From: an uncultured archaeon
Lineage (GTDB): Archaea; Thermoproteota; Bathyarchaeia; 40CM-2-53-6; CALIRQ01
Direction: 5' to 3'
DNA: 64,000 nt
NCBI GenBank assembly: GCA_938042195.1
Contig: CALIRQ010000009.1
Coordinates: 1,443-65,442 of the forward strand
Shown here piece after piece: positions 44,784 to 54,239 of the stretch. Position 1 is the stretch's first letter; every line of letters begins with the position of its first letter. The notes under the pieces are model-generated. The model ran no database searches. It was not told where the DNA came from and saw nothing but the letters and a program-made list of their open reading frames with translations. A program made the translations under genes and the position numbers.

Positions 44784-46145
44784 TCACCTTACATCAACAT
44801 ACTCTATTGGAAACGGCTCGCTGGGGTCCTGGACCTCCATCAGGTGATATATGTTGAATGCGTATGTCGGGCCCATCGATATATCGGAGGGGGAATACGG
44901 GAACGCCAGGTTCCCAGCCGTGGCCTTCCTCCCCTCGTAATGGTAATGTAGCATGGTCGATCTGGCGACGGCGCAAATGGCATCGGCCATCTCCTTAGTC
45001 TTGGCTATTGCCTCTATTATTATGCATAGCTCATGAGCCTTCGCGTCCAAGGGCTCCATTTCACCCATGACCCCGTTCTTCCCGTAGATGCGGAAGTGCA
45101 ACCTATAATCCTCGGGCTGGAACCTTCTCTTCAGGTCCTCCCTCGTTATCTCCTCGACCGCTTTTGTCACCTCCTCTATCCTGGATATCATTATTGGATC
45201 CCTGACGCCGGCGATCGATATGGTCCTATAACCAGACATTTTCACACCCTCCAGCTTTATCCTCCATACGCCCTCCGAGGGAACGAATTTGCTGCCGCTG
45301 ACCTTTACAGTCCTCTCATCATATTGCTCGAACTTGCTTTGGGAGAGGTCCATCATTCCATCGGGCTCGTAGATGTAATACGGATCCGGTTGTTCGTAAA
45401 GCGTATGGGCGGCCACTGAAACCGGGACGCATTTCCTAATGGGGTTCAATGGCTTCAGCAGGAAGTAATCCCTCTCCAAGTACGCCATTATGGAATCGGC
45501 TGCTGAGCCCGGCGTCGCGCACATGGCGCCGCATTCTATTATCTTGGCCATATGCCAAACCAACCCAGGGTCGTAGCCCTTTATCAAGGGCAGCGCGGCG
45601 AATATCGCCGTATCACAGGACCTCCCGGCCAATACGACCTCGGCTCCCCCCCTCAGGGCCTCGATGTAGGGGGTGGATCCCATTTGTCCCACTATCCTGA
45701 CGGCCTCATCGACATCCCTCTCCTCGAGCTCCTTTATCGGCCCCAAGGGTTTCACCTCGCCCATTCTGATCTTCCCCTTGAGGTAATCCTTATTTATCTC
45801 CGAGTGTATAACGGCCATCCTGAACTTCAATCCCTTCTCCTCGGCGATCTCCTCTATTATCCTCCTATTCCATTCGATGTGGGGCTCCCCCCCTGAGCCG
45901 CCAGCGGTGCCTATTATGAAAGGTATCCCCCTCTCCACAGCCTCCGGGAGGGCTAGCTCCAGATCCCTCTTGACGCCGGCCTTGGATGTGAAGGAAACAC
46001 CGGCCCCGAGGTAGTAGGGCCCAGGGTCTGTCGATCCGGCATCGACGCCTATTACGTCCGGATCCTCCTTTAACCCGTTTTCCAGAGACACTTCCGCATA
46101 GCCATATCCCAATATCCCATTTAGTGAAAGGACCCTGAGCCCCAT
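44784..46145 (-). CDS. DUF1446-like protein (AtuA N-terminal-module homolog)
   Basis: 453 aa. My assignment rests on the usual DUF1446-DUF4387 pairing; domain identity needs an HMM check. Confidence 0.5.
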   Translation of the reverse strand: MGLRVLSLNGILGYGYAEVSLENGLKEDPDVIGVDAGSTDPGPYYLGAGVSFTSKAGVKRDLELALPEAVERGIPFIIGTAGGSGGEPHIEWNRRIIEEIAEEKGLKFRMAVIHSEINKDYLKGKIRMGEVKPLGPIKELEERDVDEAVRIVGQMGSTPYIEALRGGAEVVLAGRSCDTAIFAALPLIKGYDPGLVWHMAKIIECGAMCATPGSAADSIMAYLERDYFLLKPLNPIRKCVPVSVAAHTLYEQPDPYYIYEPDGMMDLSQSKFEQYDERTVKVSGSKFVPSEGVWRIKLEGVKMSGYRTISIAGVRDPIMISRIEEVTKAVEEITREDLKRRFQPEDYRLHFRIYGKNGVMGEMEPLDAKAHELCIIIEAIAKTKEMADAICAVARSTMLHYHYEGRKATAGNLAFPYSPSDISMGPTYAFNIYHLMEVQDPSEPFPIEYVDVR

Positions 46146-46159
46146 TGATCGCCGACCTC

Positions 46160-46290
46160 GCGACTTTGGAGTCTTTCGACAATTTAAATTTAATCATCGT
46201 CTGACTACAGTTCAATATCAATTTGACATATATCGGAAGATTTATTTTCAATCCCTTGTAAGGAGCGGGGAATCTTAAAAAAGAAGGGGC
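46160..46290. promoter_or_regulatory. divergent AT-rich promoter region (DUF1446 gene leftward, iorA rightward)
   Basis: caatttaaatttaatc and gatttattttc / tcttaaaaaag. Confidence 0.4.
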
Positions 46291-46295
46291 ACCAA

Positions 46296-48167
46296 ATGGA
46301 AACAGATTACCTCACACTCGATTCCATAGGCAAGAAGGTCCTGATGACGGGGAACGGCGCTGTGGCGCGCGGGGCAATAGAGGCGGGCGTGAAGGTCGCG
46401 ACCTCTTATCCGGGGACCCCAGCTTCGGAGATCCTCAGCTCCATAGCCGCCGTCGCCAAGAAGGCCGGCATCTATGCGGAATGGTCCATAAATGAGAAGG
46501 TCGCCTTCGAGGTCGCGTTCGCCGCATCGCTCTCCGGCCTCAGGGCCCTGATGGCCTGCAAGCACTTGGGTTTCAATTGGATCTCCGATGCCTTTCTAGT
46601 TTCGGCTTATACTGGCGTTAATGGTGGATTGGTCGTGGTCGTCTCCGACGATCCCCACCCCCATAGCTCCCAAAACGCCGAGGACACGAGATATTATTCC
46701 AAGATGGGGAAAGTCCCCTGCCTCGAGCCCTCAGATCCCGGGGAGGCTAGGAAGATAATGCCGATGGCCTTCGATCTCTCCGAGTCCTTACAATTGCCAG
46801 TCGTCGTCAGGCTCACCTCCAGGATATCCCATTCGAGGGGGGATGTGGAGCTCGGGGAAATGCGGAAGGAGGATAGGGATCCCAAGTTTGAGAAGGATCC
46901 AAAGAGATATGCCGTCATAGCGCCGCACGCTAGGGAGAGGCACCTCTGGCTGAACAAGCAATACGCGAAGGCCGCGGAGGCTATGGAGGGCTTTCCGCTC
47001 AATTGGATCGAGGGGCCGAGGGGGGATTTCGGCATAATAGCCAATGGGTTGAACTACTCGTACGTCAAGGAGGCCCTTGGGATTCTCGGGATCGAGGCTC
47101 CGATCCTCAAGCTCTCCTCCGCGAACCCAATCCCGAGGAGGCTTGTGGCGAACTTCCTGAAGGGCCTTAAGGAATGCTTGGTGGTCGAGGAGATAGAGCC
47201 GATAACGGAAGAGAGCGTTAAGGCGATAGCGCAATCGGAGGGGCTCCCCGTTAAGGTGTATGGCAGGTCCACTGGGCATATCCCCCTCCAATGGGAACTT
47301 AACCCGGACATCGTAAACGGCGCGATCTCCAAGATCATCGGCTTGAGCAACCCCGGCCCCGGTCTCCTCGCCAAGGCCGTTCAACTGGAGGTCAGCAGGA
47401 GGACTCCCTTCCTATGCGCCGGTTGCCCCCACAGGGCCAGCTATTATTCGATTAAACAGGCCTTGAGGAGGATCAATAGGGGGGGCATAATCGCTGGGGA
47501 TAGGGGTTGCTATAACCAAGGGATATATCCACCGCTTAATGGATACGATACATGCATATGCATGGGAGCTAGCATAGGGATGGCGTGCGGGTTTTATAAG
47601 GCTGGGATAAAGGAGCCAATAGTCGCAGTTATAGGTGAATCGACCTTCTTCCATGCCGGCATCCCACCGTTGATAAATGCCGTCCATAATAATGCGAACA
47701 TAACGGTCGTGATATTCGATAATAGCTGGACGTCGATGACCGGCTTCCAGCCCAATCCCGCAACGGGGATAAACGCCATGGGGGAGGAAACCAAGAGGTT
47801 GAACGTGGAAGAAATATGCAAGGCCTGCGGGGTCGAGTTCATAAAGGTCATCGATTCCTTCAAGGTTAGGGAGCTGATAGATGCGATAGAATCCGCGATA
47901 AACTTCCCAGGTCCGGCCGTGGTGGTATCGAGGCACGAGTGCGCGGTCAGGGAGACGGCGAGGCTGAGGCGGAGGGGCGAGCGGCCGAGGCCCTACGCGG
48001 TGGACCCGACGAGGTGCACCGCCTGTAAGATCTGCCTATCCCAATTCGGGTGCCCAGCTATCTCGATCGAGAATGGAAAGGTGTCTATAGACAAATACTC
48101 CTGCACGGGCTGTGGCGTATGCGCCCAGATCTGCCCATCTAAGGCCATAGTCCAGGTGGAGGGGTGA
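46296..48167 (+). CDS. iorA: indolepyruvate:ferredoxin oxidoreductase alpha subunit
   Basis: TGNGAVARGAIEAGVKVATSYPGTPASEIL, TPP-binding region and C-terminal 2x[4Fe-4S] CTACKICLSQFGCP...CTGCGVCAQICP. Confidence 0.85.
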   Translation: METDYLTLDSIGKKVLMTGNGAVARGAIEAGVKVATSYPGTPASEILSSIAAVAKKAGIYAEWSINEKVAFEVAFAASLSGLRALMACKHLGFNWISDAFLVSAYTGVNGGLVVVVSDDPHPHSSQNAEDTRYYSKMGKVPCLEPSDPGEARKIMPMAFDLSESLQLPVVVRLTSRISHSRGDVELGEMRKEDRDPKFEKDPKRYAVIAPHARERHLWLNKQYAKAAEAMEGFPLNWIEGPRGDFGIIANGLNYSYVKEALGILGIEAPILKLSSANPIPRRLVANFLKGLKECLVVEEIEPITEESVKAIAQSEGLPVKVYGRSTGHIPLQWELNPDIVNGAISKIIGLSNPGPGLLAKAVQLEVSRRTPFLCAGCPHRASYYSIKQALRRINRGGIIAGDRGCYNQGIYPPLNGYDTCICMGASIGMACGFYKAGIKEPIVAVIGESTFFHAGIPPLINAVHNNANITVVIFDNSWTSMTGFQPNPATGINAMGEETKRLNVEEICKACGVEFIKVIDSFKVRELIDAIESAINFPGPAVVVSRHECAVRETARLRRRGERPRPYAVDPTRCTACKICLSQFGCPAISIENGKVSIDKYSCTGCGVCAQICPSKAIVQVEG

Positions 48168-48769
48168 TGAGGGAGAACCTCAACGTAATACTCGCGGGCG
48201 TCGGCGGACAAGGCGTCATCCTATCATCGACTATTATAGGGGAGGCCGCCGTCGAGGAGGGATTGAGCGTCAGGATAGCCGAATCGAGGGGGTTAGCCCA
48301 AAGGGGGGGCATCGTGACGAGCCATATCAGGATAGGGTGGGGGATCCATTCGCCATTGATACCGAAGGGGATGGCCGACGGAATAGTTGGGTTCGAGCCC
48401 ATGGAGTTCCTGAGGCATTGCGAATACTTGAGGGGGGATGGGGGATTCGGGATCGTCAACGGGAATCCGATACTCCCGGTGACCTCGAGGATCGGATTGG
48501 AGAAGTATCCAGATTACGAGGCCATGATGGAAGCAATAAGGTCCTCGGCCGAGAGGGTCTACATCATAGACGGCTCGGGGATCGCCGAGAGGCTCGGGAA
48601 CCCCAATATGCTCAGCATCGTTATGGTGGGCGCCCTATACGCAGTCGCCGAGCCCCCGATCTCGAGGAGGGCGATGGAGGAATCGATAAGGAGGAACGTC
48701 CCAAAGGGGACCGAGGAAGCCAATTTGAAGGCCTTCGAGGAGGGCATAAGGGCCATCGAGGGATATTAG
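48164..48769 (+). CDS. iorB: indolepyruvate:ferredoxin oxidoreductase beta subunit
   Basis: NVILAGVGGQGVILSSTIIGEAA. Overlaps the iorA stop (ATGA). Confidence 0.85.
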   Translation: MMRENLNVILAGVGGQGVILSSTIIGEAAVEEGLSVRIAESRGLAQRGGIVTSHIRIGWGIHSPLIPKGMADGIVGFEPMEFLRHCEYLRGDGGFGIVNGNPILPVTSRIGLEKYPDYEAMMEAIRSSAERVYIIDGSGIAERLGNPNMLSIVMVGALYAVAEPPISRRAMEESIRRNVPKGTEEANLKAFEEGIRAIEGY

Positions 48770-48770
48770 G

Positions 48771-49808
48771 TTGTTCAGGACCCATGCCCGGATAGGGATC
48801 GAGGGATTTGGGGCCTATCTGCCCAAGTACAGGATAAGGATCCGAGACCTCCCGCTGGCCCATGGGTCCCCCTCACCAGATTTCGAGAAGGCCATCTGTG
48901 GTCCGGATGAGGACGCCGTGACCATGGCAAAGGAGGCGGTCGAGAGGGCTTTGAGGATGGCCGGCGTTGGAAGAGGCAAGATCGGATCGATCCTCTGCGG
49001 GACGTCCTCCAATCCCTATTCGGGAAAGCCCATCGGGACCATTTTATCGAAGGCCTTGGGGATGGAGGGGGCGATCCTCGCGGCCGATATAAACTTCTCG
49101 GGCAAATCCTGCTCCGAGGCCCTTCAGCTATGCTTGGGGCTCGTGGGCAGCGGGATGGTGGATTACGCGATCGCCTCCGGTTCGGACTCGATTCCGGAGC
49201 CTGGGGGGAAGGGCGCAACGTATTCCTCCTGCGGGGCCGCCGCCTTTGTCATCGGGCGCGAAAGCGGGAGCTCGATAGCCTCCATCGAGGGCAGCTCGAC
49301 ATGGGTGATGGACGCGCTCGATACTTGGTCTGTGAGGGGTTCGGCTCAGAGGAGGAACAGTGGGCGCTTCGCTGAGAGGGTCTTGGCTCAATGCGTAATT
49401 GCCTCCGTGAAGGATCTCCTAAGCGGGCTCGGCCTAAGCCCGGGGGACTTCGACCATGTTGTGTTGCCCCAAAGCGATCCCAAGTCCGCATTAGACTTGG
49501 CCAAAAGGCTTGGCTTAAAACCAGAGCAAATGGAGGCTGGGTTCGTCCTCCCTAAGGCGGGTAACGTGGAGTCCCTCTCGGGGCTGCTGGGCCTGATAGC
49601 GGTCTTGGATGTGGCGAAGCCATCCGAGAGGATATTGGTGGCGACCTTCGGGAGCGGAGCCGGGAGCGATTCCTTCAGCCTCTTGGTTAAGGACGCGATA
49701 GAGGGACGCGAGAGGGGGGATTTCCTGAACCAAGTCTCGAAGAAGGCCTACATCGATCATAAGGCCTATTTGAAATTCCTCAACCGCAATTCGGGGGGAT
49801 CGGCTTGA
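48771..49808 (+). CDS. hydroxymethylglutaryl-CoA synthase (archaeal type)
   Basis: IGIEGFGAYLPKYRI...EDAVTMAKEAVERAL. 345 aa. First gene of the HMGCS-thiolase-DUF35 triad. Confidence 0.85.
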   Translation: MFRTHARIGIEGFGAYLPKYRIRIRDLPLAHGSPSPDFEKAICGPDEDAVTMAKEAVERALRMAGVGRGKIGSILCGTSSNPYSGKPIGTILSKALGMEGAILAADINFSGKSCSEALQLCLGLVGSGMVDYAIASGSDSIPEPGGKGATYSSCGAAAFVIGRESGSSIASIEGSSTWVMDALDTWSVRGSAQRRNSGRFAERVLAQCVIASVKDLLSGLGLSPGDFDHVVLPQSDPKSALDLAKRLGLKPEQMEAGFVLPKAGNVESLSGLLGLIAVLDVAKPSERILVATFGSGAGSDSFSLLVKDAIEGRERGDFLNQVSKKAYIDHKAYLKFLNRNSGGSA

Positions 49809-50962
49809 GGGGGGTCGCCATAATCGGCATAGGGTGCACAAAGGTCGGAGAGCATTGGGATAAGTCCCTGAGGGACTTGGCCGTCGAAGCCTCATTGAGG
49901 GCGATGGAGGACGCTGGGCTTTATGATGCGGATTACGTCCTAGTTGGGAATATGATGTCAGGCTACCTTCAGAACCAAGAGCACCTTGGGGCCCTCGTGG
50001 CGGATTCGCTCGGCCTCCAAGGCGCGGGGGCCGCAAAGGTCGAGGCGGCTTGTGCATCCGGCGGGATGGCCGTGCATATGGGATGCCAGTTGATAGCCTC
50101 CGGCGCCGCGGACTCGGTCTTGGTGGTTGGGGCTGAGAAGATGACCGATGCCACTACTCCGGAGGTGACGAAGGCACTTGCCATGGCGGAGGATCAAGAA
50201 TACTCGGCATACACGGGCGCGAGCTTCATTGGGCTGAACGCCCTAGTGGCTAGGGCTTATATGAAAGCCTATGGGGTTGAGCCCGAGGATATGGCGCTCT
50301 TCTCGGTCATATGTCACAAGCATGCGTTGGATAACGAGTTCGCCCAATTCAGATTCCCTATAACGGTCGAGGCCGTTATGAATTCGCCGATCGTCGCCGA
50401 TCCGTTGCACCTGCTCGAATGCGCTGGCATAGGCGATGGGGCGGCCGCCGTATTGCTGGCCTCATTGGATGGGGCGCGCAAGATCGCCGATGCACCTGTG
50501 GAATTGCTCGCCTCCACCGTGAGCACGGATAAGTTCTCGCTGCATCAAAGGGACGACCTTACGAGCTTCAAGGCGGCGAGGGCATCGGCGGAGGCCGCCT
50601 TCAGGAGGGCCGGATTGAGGGCCGAGGACATCGATGTCCTGGAAGTCCACGACGCCTCCTCGGCGCTGGGCTTGATCGCCCTCGAGGATCTCGGTTTCGC
50701 CGAAAGGGGCAAAGCGGCGGAGCTCATAAGGGACGGGGGGATAGAGATCGGCGGGAGGATACCAACGAATACTTTCGGTGGCCTTAAGGCCAGGGGACAT
50801 CCCGTGGGCGCCACCGGGGTATATCAGATCGTGGAGTTGACGAGGCAATTAAGGGGGGAGGCCGGGAAAAATCAAGTGGGGGGCGCAGAAAGGGGATACG
50901 CGCAGAACATCGGCGGGGCCGGGACTACGATCACCGCGCACATACTCGGGAGGGTCGATTGA
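49805..50962 (+). CDS. acetyl-CoA C-acetyltransferase (thiolase)
   Basis: VAIIGIGCTKVGE...CASGGMAV...GHPVGATG thiolase motifs. Confidence 0.85.
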   Translation: MRGVAIIGIGCTKVGEHWDKSLRDLAVEASLRAMEDAGLYDADYVLVGNMMSGYLQNQEHLGALVADSLGLQGAGAAKVEAACASGGMAVHMGCQLIASGAADSVLVVGAEKMTDATTPEVTKALAMAEDQEYSAYTGASFIGLNALVARAYMKAYGVEPEDMALFSVICHKHALDNEFAQFRFPITVEAVMNSPIVADPLHLLECAGIGDGAAAVLLASLDGARKIADAPVELLASTVSTDKFSLHQRDDLTSFKAARASAEAAFRRAGLRAEDIDVLEVHDASSALGLIALEDLGFAERGKAAELIRDGGIEIGGRIPTNTFGGLKARGHPVGATGVYQIVELTRQLRGEAGKNQVGGAERGYAQNIGGAGTTITAHILGRVD

Positions 50963-50963
50963 A

Positions 50964-51347
50964 TTGAGCGTTCCCAATTACCTAAGGGAGGCGCCGCGGA
51001 GGCAGAGGATGGAGGGCACAAGGTGTAAGGGCTGCGGCGCGATCCATTTCCCGCCCAGGGCCGTATGCGATCGCTGCGGTGGGAGGGATTTGGAGAGGGA
51101 GGAGTTGAGCGGGACGGGGGAGTTGGTGGCCTACACGGTCATAATGTATCCACCGAAGGGCTTCGAGAACCAAGCCCCCTATGCGATCGGCATCGTCCAG
51201 CTCAAGGAGGGCGTCAGGATCTTGTCCCAAATAGCGGATTGCGATCCGATGGAGCTCAGGGAGGGCATGAGGGTGGAGATTGTGATAAGGAGGATTAGGG
51301 AGGATGGGGGATTCATCGAATATGGTTATAAGTTCAGGCCCGTTTAA
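50964..51347 (+). CDS. DUF35 OB-fold/zinc-ribbon scaffold protein of the thiolase-HMGCS complex
   Basis: Rubredoxin-like CKGCGAIHFPPRAVCDRCG followed by an OB fold. Confidence 0.8.
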   Translation: MSVPNYLREAPRRQRMEGTRCKGCGAIHFPPRAVCDRCGGRDLEREELSGTGELVAYTVIMYPPKGFENQAPYAIGIVQLKEGVRILSQIADCDPMELREGMRVEIVIRRIREDGGFIEYGYKFRPV

Positions 51348-51353
51348 AGGGCC

Positions 51354-52772
51354 TCATCCGCCGAAGCGCCTCCTTATCCTACCATAGGCCCTGAGGGCGC
51401 TCAGAGCCCTCATCGCCCGCTCAGGCGAAGGGAACGCTGGCACACCTCTTTCCTTCAACCATGAGGCCGCCTCCTCGCATTCGCTCCCGCCGATGAAAGC
51501 CGCCACTATGGGCTTATTGTTCTTCAATTCCGAGTATGGCCCATAAATGGCCTCCGCGACCTTCATCGGGGAGGTTATGGCCGTATGGCAATATAATACG
51601 GCCAAGCCATCGACCCCGGGATGCGCCAAGGCCTCCCTTATGGCCCCCTCGTATTTATCGGCGGTGCCCATCCCGGTCAAATCCACGGGGTTCTTGGCGC
51701 TCCCGAACTCGGGCATATACTTCCTCAAGCTCTTCGCAAGGTCCGGCGGGGAATCGGATATCGGGATCCCGTAGCGCTCCGCCGCGTCGGTCGCGACGAC
51801 CCCGGCACCGCCCCCATTCGTTATTATCAGGGGGAAGTCCCCAAGCATGGGTGGCTGAAGGGAGAGGGCCAGGGCGCTATCGAAGAGCTCTATCAGCGAG
51901 CTGACCTCTATGACCCCGCATTGTTTGAATGCCGCTGAATAGATCAAGGGTGCGCCCGCCAAGGATCCCGTATGGGAGGCCGCGGCCGCCACCCCCCTCT
52001 CCGATTTCCCGGCCTTGAGAGCCACGAGCGGCTTCTTGGGGCTAACCCTCCTGCAGGCCTCTATGAACTCGGGGCCCGCGTCCAAGCCCTCTATGTACAT
52101 GGCTATGCAATTCGTATGCTCGTCCCTCTCCCCAAAATAGAGTATCAGCTCCGAGAAGTCCACATCGGCCTTGTTCCCTATGCTCGCCATCGAGGAGAGC
52201 CCAACCCTATAAAGCCAAGTCCAGCCGATCAGGGCGATAGCCAAGGCCCCGCTTTGGGATATGAAGGCCGTCCTGCCGGCATAGGGCAGGGATTGGCAGA
52301 AGCTGGCATTGCATTTCTTCCAGCTATTGGAGATCCCCACTATATTCGGCCCGAGGAGCGGGATCCCATTCTCCCTGCATATCCTGACTATCTCATCCTC
52401 CTCCTCCTTTTTCCCTATCTCGCTGAAGCCGGCCGTGATCATGGCCACGGCCTTAACGCCCTTCCTCACGCAATCCTCGATCGCGCTCTTCGCTATCCTC
52501 GCCGGGACCACTATGAGCGCGAGGTCGACCTCGCCCGGGACCTCTGATAGGGATGGGAAACACTTCAATCCCATTATCTCGTCGGCGTTCGGGTTTATCG
52601 GATAGATCCTCCCCCCGTAGCCGCCCTCGACGAGGTTCCTCAAGCATTGATAACCTATCTTCCCCGGGTCCCTTGAGGCCCCCACCACCGCGACCGAATT
52701 CGGTTCGAACATGAACCTCAGCTTCTCCACGACCTCCTCCCTTATGCCAGGTATCCTCATTTCGCTCACCAT
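51354..52772 (-). CDS. ADP-forming acyl/acetyl-CoA synthetase alpha subunit
   Basis: CoA-binding VAVVGASRDPGKIGYQCLRNL, succinyl-CoA-synthetase-like domains and phosphohistidine region GKSERGVAAAASHTGSLAG. Confidence 0.8.
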   Translation of the reverse strand: MVSEMRIPGIREEVVEKLRFMFEPNSVAVVGASRDPGKIGYQCLRNLVEGGYGGRIYPINPNADEIMGLKCFPSLSEVPGEVDLALIVVPARIAKSAIEDCVRKGVKAVAMITAGFSEIGKKEEEDEIVRICRENGIPLLGPNIVGISNSWKKCNASFCQSLPYAGRTAFISQSGALAIALIGWTWLYRVGLSSMASIGNKADVDFSELILYFGERDEHTNCIAMYIEGLDAGPEFIEACRRVSPKKPLVALKAGKSERGVAAAASHTGSLAGAPLIYSAAFKQCGVIEVSSLIELFDSALALSLQPPMLGDFPLIITNGGGAGVVATDAAERYGIPISDSPPDLAKSLRKYMPEFGSAKNPVDLTGMGTADKYEGAIREALAHPGVDGLAVLYCHTAITSPMKVAEAIYGPYSELKNNKPIVAAFIGGSECEEAASWLKERGVPAFPSPERAMRALSALRAYGRIRRRFGG

Positions 52773-52837
52773 CCCCCCCCGAATGGCCTAAGAGAAGATT
52801 CATCCGAATCTTATATTGATTTACCCTCGGGACCTTG

Positions 52838-53356
52838 TCAATCCCCGGCCTCGGGCTCGCACCTCTTGGCCATCACATAGGCATCTTCCCCATCGCTATA
52901 ATAATGCCTTATCCTGTTCACTATCTCGAACTTCAGATTCCTATAGAGGCTGATGGCCGGATGGTTCGTGACCCTCACCTCCAAGTATATCTCGCTCGCT
53001 CCATAGTCCCTCAAGGCCCTCATCGCCTCGATCATGAGGGCCCTCCCTACGCCCCTCCTGCGGTGCTCCGGGAGGACCGCGATGGAGATTACGTGCCCCT
53101 TCTTGGCCAGTTTCCATCTATCGAACTCCGATAGGCTCCATTCCACTCGGCACATGACGTAGCCTAGTATCTTCCCGTTGAGCTCCGCGACTACGAAGGA
53201 GTTTGGGAAGCTCTGATGCAGATCCAAGTAGAAGAACGGCGTATAGTTCTCGGGGAGGCATTCCTCATTTATCCTCATCACCTTATCCAGATCGGCCTTG
53301 GAGAACTTCCTAAGGATGTAGTTTCCGAGGGCATATTCCTCGCCCATCCCGCCCAT
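52838..53356 (-). CDS. GNAT family N-acetyltransferase (RimI/Ard1-like)
   Basis: C-terminal 172 aa of ORF 52838..54196. ISIAVLPEHRRRGVGRALM acetyl-CoA motif. The rest of that ORF is antisense to gene 53517..54206. Confidence 0.75.
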   Translation of the reverse strand: MGGMGEEYALGNYILRKFSKADLDKVMRINEECLPENYTPFFYLDLHQSFPNSFVVAELNGKILGYVMCRVEWSLSEFDRWKLAKKGHVISIAVLPEHRRRGVGRALMIEAMRALRDYGASEIYLEVRVTNHPAISLYRNLKFEIVNRIRHYYSDGEDAYVMAKRCEPEAGD

Positions 53357-53516
53357 CACCGATCCTGCCTTACGATGGCGAGCCCACCCGAAGACCTCGG
53401 GAGCGTCTCCCCTCCCCAGAGCGGGGTCCCCGCGCCCCGTAGCCCCCTCCCCGAGGCTACTAAAAACCTTTCCAACCCGAGCGCGGCTTGCGATCGAGAT
53501 ACGCTTTAATCCCCCG

Positions 53517-54206
53517 TTGCCAATTGGAGCGGATGGGTTGAGCGAACGCCCATGGCTCCGGCTCTTGGCCCTCGAGCTCCTGAGGGAGCTCAAGCCCGGG
53601 AAGGGCCCGATCCGAATCCCGGAGCTCGGCTCCAAATATCCGAACGCCGTGCTTAGGGGGAGGCTGGCCGAGATGGCCGAGAGGGGCCTATTGGAATTGG
53701 AGGGGGATCGGGTTTCCGCCAGCGCAGCGCAAAGGCTGAAGCTGGCGCTCTTTGCGGTCGAGAATGGCGCGGAGCTCGATTCCGTGGGGAGGGCCATGGA
53801 TTGGAGGGAGTTCGAGGATTTCGCGGAGGAGATCCTGAGGAATATGGGCTTCAAGTGCGTCAAGCACCTAAGGTTTAAGGGAAAGAGTAGGGCCGAAGTG
53901 GATCTCCTAGCCATCGGCCCCCTCTTCTCGCTCTCCATCGATTGCAAGCGCTGGAGGCGCGCCAACGAGGGTGGGATCTTGAAGGCGGCTGAAGCCCAGA
54001 GGAAGAGGACCGAGGAGCTTGGGGAGTGGCTTGAGAGGACCGGTTTGGGCCGGGCCATGGGGATGCCGAACGGCGCGATCCTATGGCCGGTGGTTTTGAC
54101 GCTCCTGGAGCAAGGAATCGGGGTCAAGGGCGGGGTGGCCATCGTCCCAATCCTAAAATTGAGGGATTTCCTCATGAGGGCAGATCCATCCAGCATGGCC
54201 CCCTAG
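53517..54206 (+). CDS. winged-helix + Mrr-like restriction-endonuclease-fold (Mrr_cat) protein
   Basis: N-terminal wHTH (RIPELGSKYPNAVLRGRLAEMAERGLLELEGDRV). WREFEDFAEEILRNMGFKCVKHLRFKGKSRAEVDLLAIGPLFSLSIDCKRWRR fits Mrr_cat (FE..LV..LL...G..V......GDGGIDL.A......VQCKR). Confidence 0.5.
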   Translation: MPIGADGLSERPWLRLLALELLRELKPGKGPIRIPELGSKYPNAVLRGRLAEMAERGLLELEGDRVSASAAQRLKLALFAVENGAELDSVGRAMDWREFEDFAEEILRNMGFKCVKHLRFKGKSRAEVDLLAIGPLFSLSIDCKRWRRANEGGILKAAEAQRKRTEELGEWLERTGLGRAMGMPNGAILWPVVLTLLEQGIGVKGGVAIVPILKLRDFLMRADPSSMAP

Positions 54207-54239
54207 CCGGGGAGGCACCCCCATGGCCTCGCGGCCGGG

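Noticed and set aside
53357-54196. N-terminal 280 codons of the 452-aa ORF 52838..54196
   Set aside because: They are antisense to the wHTH-Mrr gene and give a Ser/Ala/Pro-rich translation. Only the C-terminal GNAT portion (52838..53356) is credible.
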